From the NCBI GenBank assembly GCA_951406725.2, contig OX597823.1:65038001-65102000 (forward strand): a stretch of DNA of 64,000 bases, in the 5' to 3' direction. Each line of letters opens with the position of its first letter. The first letter of the stretch is position 1. Below, one piece after another: positions 1-12,835 of this stretch. The stretch is from Octopus vulgaris. Taxonomy: Eukaryota. The position numbers and the translations under genes are program-made. The notes below the pieces were generated by a model. The model was given only the letters and a program-made list of their open reading frames with translations, was not told the DNA's origin and did no database searches.

Positions 1-141
1 ATCCATTTTCTGATTATTTAAATTTGATTTCTGATAAACTCGTTTATTCTGTTATTTTTTACCTGTACCCTACGTGCATAGTGTGCCTGCATACCCATGC
101 CTAGGGATAGCACAAAGTAACTGATACCGATAGTAAATACC

Positions 142-142
<1 letters not shown>

Positions 143-183
<41 letters not shown>

Positions 184-239
184 AAGGTAGATAGATAGAT
201 AGATAGATAGGTAGATAGATAGATTAATAGGTAGATAGG

Positions 240-315
<76 letters not shown>

Positions 316-324
316 CAGATAGAC

Positions 325-383
<59 letters not shown>

Positions 384-391
384 CAGACAGA
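143..391. repeat. (GATA)n microsatellite
   Basis: Long GATA/GACA tetramer run; it produces the SIYL artefact ORF 224..439. Confidence 0.95.
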
Positions 392-574
392 TAGGGTCAT
401 CCTATAAATAATGCAGTTTTTACAATTGCATGAACTCAAAGTCGGAGCGTGACGGGATAAGCTACCTGCATTAACTTGCTATAAAAGCAGGTAGTAATTC
501 TACCTTGTATTTATTCTTAGTGCAAGTTTTGAAGAGTGCAGTTCGATTTTAACAGTTATTTTGCTAAGGTTACA

Positions 575-1559
575 ATGGACGTGGCAGAGGAGCATATTCG
601 GCATGTTTTGTTTTATGAGTTCAATAAAGGCAACAACGTAACGGAAAATGTGGGGAATATTAATGCAGTATATGGGGATCGGACAGTAAGCGCAAGCCAG
701 TGTCAAACGTGGTTCCAGAAATTCCCACCCGAAAACTACAGCCTTGAAGACGAACCTCATGGAATATCGAGAACGTCCTGCAAACCCTTGTGGAACAAAA
801 TCTTATCTTAACCGTTGAAAATACTAGCAGAGAAGCTTGGAATTGGTTATTCAACCATTTATCGACACCTACGTGCCATTGGAAAAGTCAGCAAATTGGG
901 TCAATGTGTTCTTCACAAACTTTCCGAGTCTAGACACACGCAGAGAGTGAATGTGGGCCTCTTCTTTGCTGTCACGTCTCAGAAATGAAATATTTTTGGA
1001 TCCAATTGTCACTGGTGAAATGGGTTCTCTATAAAAGTGTCAAGCGCTGAAGACAGTGAGTAGGGAGAGGAGAAACACCGGCACTGAAGTCTAAAGAAGG
1101 TCTTCATCTACGAGAGGTATTGTCATGTGTTTGGTGGGATATGAAATGTTTATTCCACTTTGAACTTTTAAAGCCAAACCAAACGATAACAAAGGAGATC
1201 TACTGCGAGCAGCTTGAGCGACTTAAGCTAGCGCTTGAAGAAAAACAACCATCTTTGATTTCAAGACGAAAGGTGTTCTTCCATCAGGATAATGCTCAGC
1301 CAAATACAGCGAAGATGACATTCCAAAGGCTGGGGCAGTTTGACTGAGAAACGATGCCTCACCCACCATATTCACCGGACATTGTCCCATTTGATTATCA
1401 TTTATTCAACAGTCTTCAAAATCATTTGGACGAAAAAAATATGAATTCTATAGACGAGGTCAGAACAGTACTGGAGGAGTATTTTTCGTCACAGACAATT
1501 GAATTTTGGAAGTCTACCTGACAGATGGAAGAGTATTGTAGATAATGCAGGAGAGTATA
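575..1559 (+). pseudogene. Mariner transposase pseudogene
   Basis: HTH region MDVAEEHIRHVLFYEF..WFQKF, IVTGE-, CVWWD, FHQDNA, HPPYSPDIVPFDYHLF and C-terminal W..IVDNAGEY; frameshifts and stops. Confidence 0.93.
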
Positions 1560-1954
1560 TCATTATATATAAAAGTGAGGTTGTGTGCTGTCTGTCTCCT
1601 ACGATTTAGATTCCTAATTACTCCCACATTTTGCGGTGCAGTTTAACCAAAACCGGGTATCTTATAGTCGTGATTCATATCGAGCCCTTCTGGGTATTAG
1701 CGCGCGTCTACGATGAGTCTACGATTTAAAAAAAAAATTACCATCAATTTTTCCCATTTTAATGCATTTTTGGCATATATAAGGGAAGTAACTCTCTAAA
1801 AATTTATTATTAAATCTCAGAACGTAAAAAGCTACAGTAACATCCCCCCTTTGTGGTTAGCCATATTGAGATGGCTATTATATTTTACATCTCTAAAAAT
1901 GCTTATATAGTTATTTCCCTTACAAACCCGAGCAACGCCGGGCGATACTGCTAG
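1560..1954 (+). mobile_element. Non-autonomous Helitron (395 bp)
   Basis: 5' TCATTATATATAAAAG; subterminal hairpin CCCG-agcaacgc-CGGG (1927-1942); 3' CTAG; no TSD; it splits the last codons of the mariner transposase (GEY-I-LD-stop). Confidence 0.82.
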
Positions 1955-2877
1955 ATTTAGATTAAAAAAAGAACTTTGTTTATCGTAATTTTAAAAAATA
2001 AAAGTTTATAAACACCGCATTATTTATGGGATGACCCAATACATATATATATACACACACATACTTTATATCTATACTTATATGTACACACATACATCAG
2101 CATATACTATACACATGTAGGTTTTCTTCTCCTATATAAACATATATTCACACACACTTTTTTCTCCCTTCCTCTTACCGTTTTTTCTGACTACATTTCC
2201 TCTTGGTGGCCTTTTCTGTCAGAAGAAAAAACTAATGTTTAAAACACCAAAACTAGTCTTTTATCTTTCCTTGCAAGCGTTAAACTAATACCTGATTCGC
2301 ACTATTATTCGGATACGTCTGTATTGCTTTTTTCAGTTGCTTTAATCGTTTTGTGATACATACATACATACATGTACACAATCATATACACACGTATGTT
2401 CACATGTAAATATATAAATGTGCCGGTACGTAGATATAGGCACATATATGCATATGCATGGCACGCTCATATGCAAATATATGCATAAACATATACATAT
2501 ACATATATATATATATAGACTCATATATATACTTATGCATATATATATATATATATATATATATTGTATATATGTATATGCACAATACACAGACACACAT
2601 ATATTCATATAGATACTTATATATGTACACATACATATTCATAAATATACAGTCATGCATACATACGTACGTACATATTTAGGAAATGCAAACTCTGCCA
2701 CCTATATTTCTTTTTATCTCTGTGTACATAAATTCGACAAAGCACATATTTGCCCTCCCGTCAGTCTAATAGAATTAATTCTATTTAAGAGTTTGAATGC
2801 CGAAATAAAACTTGTATTGAATGTAAACACTACGAATTTTTTTTTTTTTGTTACTTTGATATTTATTATTCAGAAAC

Positions 2878-3051
2878 GAAGGTTATTTCATATTTATTTG
2901 TTGGTTTTGATTTTTGCTTTCTTATTTATCTTGAACTTTTTTTTTTTTTGGAAAAATGCTATCACGTTAAGATTATAATTGATAGTTTACAAGCTATAAG
3001 GGGTTGATAAATTCATAAATATTCACGTAAGTATAGGTTAGATGTATAAAT
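2878..3051 (+). repeat. Local duplication, copy 1 (empty site)
   Basis: Near-identical to 4889-5003 plus 5423-5483, which is interrupted by a SINE. Confidence 0.9.
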
Positions 3052-3265
3052 CTTTACAAACATTAGTATATTAGTTTGCACATATGAATGTATATGTATA
3101 TATTAATGCACACACACACACACACACACACATATTCGTGTGTGTGTGTATGTGTGTTTGCATATGTGCGTATACATGTCTGTTTTTGCATGTATATATG
3201 TAGATATATATGTATACACACATCTATACACATGAATTAACACACACGCACTCACGTGTATATAC

Positions 3266-3296
<31 letters not shown>

Positions 3297-3314
3297 TGTA
3301 TGTATGTATGTATG

Positions 3315-3359
<45 letters not shown>

Positions 3360-5002
3360 TTCCTTTTCAATCTTCTACATTATATACACGTGTGTGCGTG
3401 TGTCTGTGTGTGTGTGTGTATGTATGCATGTATGCATGTATGTATATAAACTCACATACACATAAACATTCATATCGAAAATCGATAATCAGTTGAAGCT
3501 TGGAACCGTTTATCGTATTTATGGTAGCAAACACCACCATATATTGTTTTGTTTCTCATAACCTTACTAATCATCTAGATATTGTAGAGGGTTTGGAGAG
3601 AATCACACACACACACACACACTCTCTCAGACACTCGTGTCTGTGTGCATGTGTGGGTGCGTAAACCAATCGTAATCTATATTTGCTCTATTTTAAGGCT
3701 ATCAACGAAATAGAAACTTTTATATTTTTGTTCACTTTCTGTTATTTTTTTTAGCATTTTGTTGCATCATTCAGGCAACCAGAGAATACTTTACTCAGTC
3801 GAAAATATCTCCTTCAATTTTCTTTTATTTTTCCTTTGTCCTTTTTGTAAAATATTTTCATTGCACAAGTAATTTTATTTTCATTTTATTTTTAATTCTT
3901 ACTTGTATTTTTTTTTTGTGTGTTTTTCGTAAATATTCTCTGGCTGTCAATTTTACGAAATATTCTGGCAAAACTTCAACTTCTTTCAGTAAGAAGAATA
4001 ATCGCAGCAGTCAGTATTGGCCAGCTGTTGTTGTTGTTGTTTAACCGAAGGTCAACATTGATCGAAAAGACCCGCTATGACAGGCATTCGAACCATTATA
4101 ATTTCATTACTTGAGGAACATTTAACGCTACTACATAATCCCATGTGATCCAACCCACGTTTTTAAGCCGCTGGGATTCAACTGTTTTATTTATTTATAT
4201 ATTTTTTTCAGTCAAAATATCAGCCTGATACCTTTGGAGATATAGTCATTCCTCGCTGTTTTTAGATTTTAATCATGAGCAGAGGGATTTTCCTTCTAAT
4301 TTGTGTGGACATTCTCAGCTAATACACATTGTTCAGTTTACAATATTATGTATGTGACTTTCTGCCGTATACGTATCTTGTGTGTAGGACACCTTCCGAA
4401 TTATTTCCTTCTATTGCTATAGTCGAAGTAACTCTCTAAAACTTCAGCAGTTGGTATGCTGTCGTCATAATCTCTTTCTCTCAATTCTTCATAGTCAGCA
4501 CTGTGGCTCTTTGTGGCCAAAGCCCAGGTAGTTGAGAATAGGTTCTTTGCTGGTCTTAAATTCTAGTCGTTTGTGTTTGAGTTAACCTGTAGCTATGTGT
4601 TTTACCCTGTTATTCGTATATAATTTGTTTCAATCTCTAGGGTGTGGCCTTGCCGCACTATAGCCTTTAAGTGTTAAACTCGATTATACCAGACTAAATT
4701 TGCCTGTTACTTATTTCATTTTTCTCGTAAGTTAAGAAAGGCAAAATGCGCGTTGATTTCAAGTGAGAAAATTCGTTCAGACATCGATATCTTTGAATAT
4801 TTTTGTTCGAATATATCAGTTCACACCTCACACTGATATGCACATTCAATACACATATCTGAATACACACGCACACACATACACAAATGAAGGTTATTTC
4901 ATATTTATTTGTTGGTTTTGGTTTTTGTTTTCTTATTTATCTTGAACTTTTTTTCTTTTGGAAAAATGCTATCACGTTAAGATTATAATTGATAGTATAC
5001 AA

Positions 5003-5422
5003 GCGCAGGAGTGGCTGTGTGGTAAGTAGCTTGCTAACCAACCACATGGTTCCGGGTTCAGTCCCACTGCGTGGCATCTTGGGCAAGTGTCTTCTGCTAT
5101 AGCCCCGGGCCGACCAATGCCTTGTGAGTGGATTTGGTAGACGGAAACTGAAAGAAGCCTGTCGTATATATGTATATATATATATATATGTGTGTGTGTG
5201 TTTGTGTGTCTGTGTTTGTCCCCCTAGCATTGCTTGACAACCGATGCTGGTGTGTTTACGTCCCCGTCACCTAGCGGTTCGGCAAAAGAGACCGATAGAA
5301 TAAGTACTGGGCTTACAAAGAATAAGTCCCGGGGTCGATTTGCTCGACTAAAATGGCGGTGCTCCAGCATGGCCGCAGTCAAATGACTGAAACAAGTAAA
5401 AGAGTAAAAGAGTAACGGAGTA
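5003..5422 (+). mobile_element. tRNA-derived SINE family A (gcaggagtggctgtgtggtaag head, internal TA/TG microsatellite), full length
   Basis: Pol III A/B boxes (tggctgtgtgg..ggttcagtccc), ccttgggcaagtgtctt-like core and a (GAGTAAAA)n tail; many copies in the window. Confidence 0.9.
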
Positions 5423-6239
5423 AAGCTACAAGGGGTTGATAAATTCATAAATATTCACGTAAGTATAGGTTAGATGTATAAATGTCGTTGCTTGGTTTAA
5501 AGACGAGGGTGTGATGATTAAACGGTATTTTCTTTTCTTTAGTCGCTTATGATGGAAACTATGATAAAAAAGAGAATTTTTTTACGCACGCATACATTAT
5601 AAATTTAATCACCAAACATTTTAATTAGCATAACGTAGTTGATGGTGGAAATAATAAAACCACAAAAAGGATTACTTAATTTATGAACGTATTAAAATAA
5701 TGAAGCTTAACTTTAATATTTGATGCTTTACATTATCGAAATAAAACAGACAATGAATAAATATCTGGTTATATTGTCCTAGAATCTATTTTAGTCTTCA
5801 GAGGTTCAATTATTAATTGTCTTAAACGGATGGATTGAAAAACACTTCAAGCAATTGCTACTGGTTATGCAATAACTGGTTATGCAGTAACTGCTTTTTG
5901 TCATGCTGTTGAAATCTTTATGAAACGATGGCTATTCTGATTATCTTCTCTGAGGGCAACCGTAAAACTTACGTAGAAGACAGGCAGATGAATGTTTCAC
6001 CATTTGTCGATGACGAACAGTAAAATAACTAAAGTAAATATTTGAATGTCGTTCGACATTACTAACGCAAGTAGATCACTGTCACTGTCATAAAAAATAT
6101 TAACTAAAGCTTAATTCAAGGCTAGTGGAATATAATATAATTTCTCTGAAATTATATTCAAGAAATATAATTTCTCTGAAAGACCTACAGGCGGGCTTTC
6201 ACTTTGTTTAGAGTACAAGAATTTGGTGTTGTGAGATAG

Positions 6240-6780
6240 ATAAAAACATCGGAAATTTTATTTGTTTGGTTCGATATTTTTCAAGAATTTCACTTCGACT
6301 GTGTGGATCTGAAAGTTAAACATGGTAATATAATAGTTTGGGGGCTGCATATCTACAAAAAGAATCGGTTCTATAAGATAGCTGAAAAAATCATCATGAC
6401 AAGTGAATCTTATCGGAAGTTATGTGGAACCTACAAAACTGTGGTTCTACCATATAAAATGTACTTTATGCGGGTAGCGGATTTTTCAACATAATAACGA
6501 CTTGAAGCATACCGCATATCAAGGAACGTAATAAGCGTAAGAAATCTTAGTGCTGTTTGGGTTAGCATAATACCCGGATTAAAAACGATAGATTTAAGCA
6601 AACGGATGAACATGAGCATTCAATAAAGAAGATAAAGTACACTGAACAAATTGCATGATTATATCGCCAAAAAACAAACAAGAAAAAAAACACGAGAAGA
6701 AATTTGAGATGATGTGATAAGGAGATTTATTGATTCAATGCCTCTAATTTGTGAGTGTTTCAAGAAATTTCGTGTATAGA
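6240..6780 (+). pseudogene. Tc1-type transposase remnant
   Basis: Motifs in the right order: KFYLFGSD, VKHG.NIIVWG, FQHNNDLKHT and FIDSMP, degenerate versions of KFNLFGSDG, VKHGGG.VMVWG, FQQDNDPKHT and LVESMP. Confidence 0.75.
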
Positions 6781-7404
6781 ACAAATATTGTTATTCTTCA
6801 TCACGATTATTGATGCATACATATCAAAATTATAAGATTTTTGTTTTCAAATTAATTGACGGTGCATTTTCGAAGCATTATTTATACTCTCAGTAACTGT
6901 TTTGGCGTAATCAAAATATTCATGGTTAAATTATATAATTTGATAAAGCTAAATATACGTGTGTATGTGTCTGTATGTGTGCTTACACACACACACACAC
7001 ACACACACGCATACGCACACATATTTACAGACATTTAAACATGTTTATTTGTTCATAATTAGACGTGGAACAGGAATTTTTCACCTCACAAAATAAAAAA
7101 GATGATCCAATAAAAATGATGTTTATACACATGTTAATTTTAGTTTCACTGGCTCCTCGTCTACCGACTGATGTTATCTTCTGCTGTGTATTGAAGTGTT
7201 TTTTGTACTCTTAATCCATTATAGCCTTTTCTTTAGTAAAACCACAGTGAAAAAGGAAATGCATTTAACATGTGAATTCCCGGAGTTTAACGCGATGTGA
7301 CATATTCAGACTTTGTATTTATGGTAATTTCTCGCACATTAACATTACATCATAAAGTCGTTAAGACGTGCATGCACAAACGCACGCACACACACACACA
7401 TATA

Positions 7405-8675
7405 TATGAAGGTAAATCAAAAATTATACACACTCTTGTTTCTGAAAATTTATTAACACAAAAGTACTTGTCGAACAATACATCATTTTTCGACATAGAC
7501 TCTTTGACTTTCTATACACTTCCTCCAGCAGTCCAGGAGATTGCTTATTCCATCGAAAAAAGGTTTTCAGTTAGTTGCGCAGCCATTTATGCATCACTTT
7601 TTGCACTTCTCCCGTAACAAATTTATGGCCGCTTAAAGGATATCAAAGCGATGACAGTCGGAATGGACGTGATCTAGAGTGTATGCAGGCTGTTACAGCA
7701 ACTCGAAACCCAATCGTTCAATGTTTTCAATGGTGTGGGCCTGCATTGTCGTGCAACAATAACACTTGATTTGATAATAGACCTCGGCGTCTGGTGCGAA
7801 TTTCTGGCTTCAGTTTGTTGACCAGAATTTCTCTGTAGCCTGCAGTGGCGACTGTTGGTTCCTATTTCAGGTGATGTTCCAGTATAAACCCTTTTGTGGC
7901 CCCAAAACTCGATTAGCATCACTTTTCCGGCGTAATGTTCAATCTTGAATTTCTTTTTCGCTGGTAATTACAGGTGTTTCCACTCATTACCCTGCCTTTT
8001 GGATTCTGGCTGAAAGTGATGGACTTAGGTCTCATCTCCTATGACTATTCTTTCTAAAATAGTTTCACCTTCATCATTGTAGTGACCGAATAGGCATTAG
8101 CAAATCTTCACGTAATTGCACTTATGTGCCTCGACGAGCTATCTTGACACCTATCTCGCACAGAGTTAACGAAAGCGAAGCTTGTGAATGATTTCGAATA
8201 CAGAACCACCACTAATTTGCAGAGAACGTGTCACTTCATCGAGAGTCACTCGTTGGTTCGCAAGAACCCTCTCCAGAGCATGCCGAAACTTCCCTTAGGT
8301 AATGGAGGTTCATAGGAAACCTGATCCCGCTTCGTGTTTCATGCTTTCCCGGCCAATTTTAACCTTCTCGATCCACTCATATACACGCCTAGGCTGAAGA
8401 GCGCTGCCCCTATATTGTACTGAAAGCTTGCGCTGAATTTCAGCGCCCGACACAATTTCAGATCAGATTAATCAGATCACTCGTGTCTGTTCTGTTTTGG
8501 TACATACTGCCAGTGGAGCAGCCATGTTTACTCTCTAACACAAGAAATCAAGGTCAAACCTCGGTTATGTAACCACAGGAGTGCCACCTTTTAGCTTACG
8601 AGCGTTGAAAACAGTGCAGACAACCTAAAAGAAAGTTTTGACTGAAATGCTGATAAGTTCTGACTTCTCCAGTGT
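7405..8675 (-). mobile_element. Mariner element, decayed
   Basis: Minus strand reads IVIGDET*VHHFQPESKRQ..EWKH, LLHDNAGPH and YVEK-stop; TIR tatgaaggtaaatcaaaaattat at 7405 with a diverged inverted partner near 8646-8675. Confidence 0.82.
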
Positions 8676-8940
8676 GTGTGTAAATTACATAAATACACTA
8701 AGGTTTGTTTTAATGTAAAGTTATAAAGCAAGCTGAATATTATACAGAAAGATCACTTCTTAACACGGTACTATAATTTTTCATTCTCACACGGAAGTCT
8801 GATAGCGACGAGCAAACCGAAAGCTAGAAGTCATTGCCAACATTTTCCTTGTAAAACGTACACCCCCATACACACACTCACACGTATACACACACATGCA
8901 CACACACACACACAAATACACACACACACACAGACAGACA

Positions 8941-8980
<40 letters not shown>

Positions 8981-9119
8981 AACATATATTAGATGGAGGC
9001 AGGTGAATTGTCACCATTTTTATTTCTAATTTCGCGTATGTAATTTTGGTAAATATATCTTAAAATGAGATGTCTGTGTTATTTTTGTTTTTGCATAATT
9101 TAGACGACAATTTATTCAC

Positions 9120-9805
9120 CGCACCCTGTACATAGTATTGACCGCACATACTCGATGGATGTGTTTTGTTTGTTCGCCGACTTGCTGCCCTTTAGCGCCC
9201 GTGTGGACGACTTTCTCAAAGCACTGAATATTAAAACATCTGAAAGCTACAGACAGGCAAGCTGGCTCACCTTCGATCCCATACAGGAGTGATGGATATT
9301 GATGTTTCGTCATTTTTATGGCTTATCAATATCACGTACCAGAATCGAATTGCCGGTCTAGGACTATATAGATATAGAGTAAAAGCTATTTTCTGGTATG
9401 CCAAGACAATGTTTACGTTAGATTAAATTAAATAAAGAATTAGAAGCAGTCTTAGTTTCGTAAACTTTATCGATCGCGCATGCTCAATGTAAATATTATT
9501 TTGTTCGCCGGCTCGCTTGGGAATATCGACTGTGTAGACGACTCCTTTAATGACGCTGTGTATTGAAACATATGGTAGACGTAGAGACTTGAGACTACTT
9601 GTTACCGATCCCATTGACGAATGGTGGATACCGATATTTCGCCATTGAACCGGAGACGAACTGACTGATCGGTACATAGCTATATATAGAGAGAGTGTAA
9701 AAATTATTTCCTGGTATGCCGTGACGATAGTATAAGATTAAATTCAATTACGAATTAAGCGCAGTGCTAGTGTTGCAAACATTACCGACCGCACTTATTC
9801 AATGT
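9120..9805. repeat. Diverged ~320-330 bp tandem duplication (about 2 units)
   Basis: Shared anchors ttgttcgccg (9170/9501), cgatccca (9274/9606) and ctggtatgcc (9393/9711). Confidence 0.75.
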
Positions 9806-9932
9806 GAACTGGAGCAACGTGAAATAAAGTGTCTTGCTCAAGAACACAACACGCAGCCCTGTCCGGGATTCGAGCTCATAACCTCACGATCGTAAGCTCG
9901 ACGTTCTAACCACTGAGCCGCCACGCGCCTTC
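9805..9932 (-). mobile_element. SINE family D head (tRNA-like)
   Basis: The reverse complement reads gaaggcgcgtggcggctcagtggttag..gctcgaatcccgg..ttgtgttcttgagcaagacac. Confidence 0.85.
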
Positions 9933-9946
9933 ACACACACACACAC

Positions 9947-10039
<93 letters not shown>

Positions 10040-10299
10040 CCATCTTTAAACTCCATCCTGTCAACACCTCAAATATAAAATTCTCCATTGTCAAATTCTC
10101 TCCCGAAGACAGAGGCGGTGTTATCCAATAATAGATCCAAGTAACTATCATTATTCCGGACCACCAATCTCCCAGAAATAGCAGCTGGAGTCGTAAAACT
10201 TTACTTATTTAACTCCTGATATCATTTATGTTCCGTAAATCGGACTGTTTTATATCCATACACATGTACATTGTTTTTCTATTAAATGTATTTAATAGT

Positions 10300-10562
10300 C
10301 TGCGTCTTGTGTTCTTGAGCAAGACACTTTATTTCACGTTGCTCCAGTTCACTCAGCTGTAGAAATGAGTTGCGACGTCACAAGTGCCAAGCTGTATCGG
10401 CCCTTGCCTTTCCCTTGGACAACATCGGTGACGTGGAGAGGGGAAGGCCGGTATGCATGGGCGACTGCTGGTCTTCCATAAAACAACCTTGCCCAGACTT
10501 GTGCCTCAGAGGGTAACTCTCTAGGTGCAAACCCATGGTCAGTGTCTGACCGAAGGTGGTCA
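10300..10562 (+). mobile_element. SINE family D body
   Basis: Contains ttgtgttcttgagcaagacactttatttcacgttgctccag; the same family occurs at 53735-54062 (-). Confidence 0.85.
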
Positions 10563-10607
10563 CCAGTCTGTGTAAATCAACTTGCCTAACTTGTTTCTCA
10601 TTACATT

Positions 10608-11492
10608 TACGAGTTCTGGTTAATAAGTATCCGAACTGTTGCCATAGTGACGAAGCTGAAGCACGCACGCAGAGTGAAGCCGTTTGGAAAACGTTGACTT
10701 TGAACTCTGCTGTGCATGCGCACAGAACGTTTTAAAGTTCTAGCTCACTTCCGCTGTTTACACCAGTGCTTGGAAAGAAAGAGTGTAACGTGTGATCGTT
10801 GCATTGACCATGACAGAGAAAGTTGTCATTGTGATACCTGCCTCAGAAGCCTGCGCAAATTTACAGAAAGTGTATGGAGAGGAATATATGAGCCTCGCAA
10901 ATGTGCACGAGTGGTTCAGACGTTTCCGAAATGGCTGAAAAAATGTCGATATTGACGAACGTTCTGAGAGAACCGCAACCAGCAGAAATGAGTGCAGCTG
11001 TGAGGGAAAATCGTCGAATCACCATATGTGAGTTTTCAGAGGATGTATAGATTAGTTACGGTTCAGCTTAGTTCCTTATCATTGAAGATTTATGTATGAG
11101 ATGTGTGTCTACCAAGTTTGTGCCAAAACTGCTTTCAGTTGACCAAAAAGACACTCGGGTTTCAGTTGCACAAGATCTTCTTGATTGTGTCGAGAACGAT
11201 GAAAACCTTTTGAAAACTTTACGTAGGCCTCTGAGCAGTATCGCCACGTTTTTGCAAAATTTGATGCAGATTCTCTGCTTAACTTTCTCTGTTATGGTCA
11301 ATGCGACGATCACACGCCACACACCTTCGTTCTAAACACTGCTGTAAAACAGCGGAAGTAAACCAGAACGTTAAAACTTAGTGCGCATGCACAGCAAAGT
11401 TCAAGGTCAATCTGTGTCGAGCAGCTTTACTCTGCGTGCTTTAGTTTCGTTACTATGGTAAAAGTCCGGATACTTATTGATCAGACTATGTA
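10608..11492. mobile_element. Non-autonomous mariner derivative with two inward-facing 5' ends (long inverted arms)
   Basis: About 220-bp inverted arms; + strand reads MTEKV..LQKVYGEE..EWFRRF..KFVPKLL; - strand reads (M/I)TEKVKQRICIKFC; TA ends. Confidence 0.85.
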
Positions 11493-11782
11493 CTCATCTA
11501 CCGGCTCAAGTTCAAGTCTTTTGAGCACTTCGAAGTGTATTCTATATAGTGAACACCTGTCTCTAAACTATATATATATATATATATATATATATGAATA
11601 TATGTGGCTACGTTCAAATTCCGGCGAGGTCGACTTCCCCTTTTATCCTTTCGGATCGATAAAATAAGTACCAGCTGAACACTGTGGTCGATGTAATCAG
11701 CTCGTCTTCACCTTTCTCAAGCTACCCTTGTGGTGAAAATTTGAAATAATAATAATAATATTAATAATAATTGTTGTTATTA

Positions 11783-12340
11783 TTGAATGACAGAGCAATG
11801 TATGTCATCAAAGTGACACCGGGTTACAAATATACGAAGCTCAATATATCCATCATGATTACCCGTTTGATAAGTGTACACCAGGTACATGCATCACAAC
11901 CATATTTGCACAATACGACGTCTCATATCGAGAAAATCAGTGCATGATCTTGTCGGTGGCCCCTAGTTGAAATTTTCGTCACGTTGATTAGCCTATCCCA
12001 CTCTAAAGGGCTTTGAATCAGGGTTTTTTAAGGATGTTGAATGAAACACTCATGTTTCCAGAGGTGAATTATTCGAACCCCAAAAAATTCCTCTCAAGAT
12101 ATTATAATAATGCTCCACTACTACTCCTGTTCGTCATCAGAGATACAAAAATCGTCAGCTAGTAATTGGCATGCTCAATTGGCTAAAGTCAAGCAAGTAA
12201 GAAACAAACCTGTGATATTGAGCAGAATATTTGCTGTAGCCTATCTTTTATATCAAGGCAAGACATGTACATGATAACACTTCCAATCAGTTAAGATGAG
12301 AAGCCATGAGAGCCACTGTCTGGTACTGTATCAGGGGATT
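11783..12340 (-). mobile_element. (TAA)n-tailed interspersed repeat, probably a 5'-truncated non-LTR retroelement 3' end
   Basis: Homologous to 26951-27270 with the same left end abutting (TTA)n and a variable right end. Confidence 0.6.
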
Positions 12341-12356
12341 TTCATTGTTATTATTA

Positions 12357-12570
12357 AGGCGGCGAGCTGGCAGATTCATTAGCACGCTCGATGAAATGCT
12401 TAGTAGTATTTCGCCCGTCGCTACGTTCTGAGTTCGAATTCCACCGAGGTCGACTTTGCCTTTCATCCTTACAGGTGCGATAAATTAAGTACCAGTGACA
12501 CACCGGAGTAGATGTAATCGATTATTCCCCCGCCCGAAAATTTCAGGCCTTGTGACAAAATTTGAAACCA
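12357..12570 (+). mobile_element. SINE family B (ggcggcgagctggcaga head; gtcgactttgcctttcatcc central domain)
   Basis: Matches many copies in the window; the central domain resembles Meta/MESC-type SINE domains (from memory, not searched). Confidence 0.85.
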
Positions 12571-12835
12571 CCATCACCATCCCCATCATTATCATCATCA
12601 TCATCATCAATATTTTCCATATCCTCCTATCCATGCTTATCAGTTCTTTCTTTTATCAGTTTATGATTCCAGCTCCATACCGAACTGATGCTATCGCCCA
12701 TGGAAGAATCGTTAGTATACCGGACGAAATACTTCGTTCTGGGTTCGAATTCCGCCGAGGTTGACTTTGCTTTTCATCCTTTCGGGGTCGACTAACCCCA
12801 TTTCACAAATTTCAGGCCTTGTGCCTTTAATATGA

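Larger units (their letters stand above)
392..2041 (+). mobile_element. Mariner (DD34D) DNA transposon, full length but decayed, carrying a Helitron insertion
   Basis: TIRs tagggtcatcctataaataatgc (392-413) and gcattatttatgggatgacccaata (2017-2041), TA at the ends, enclosing a transposase pseudogene. Confidence 0.92.
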
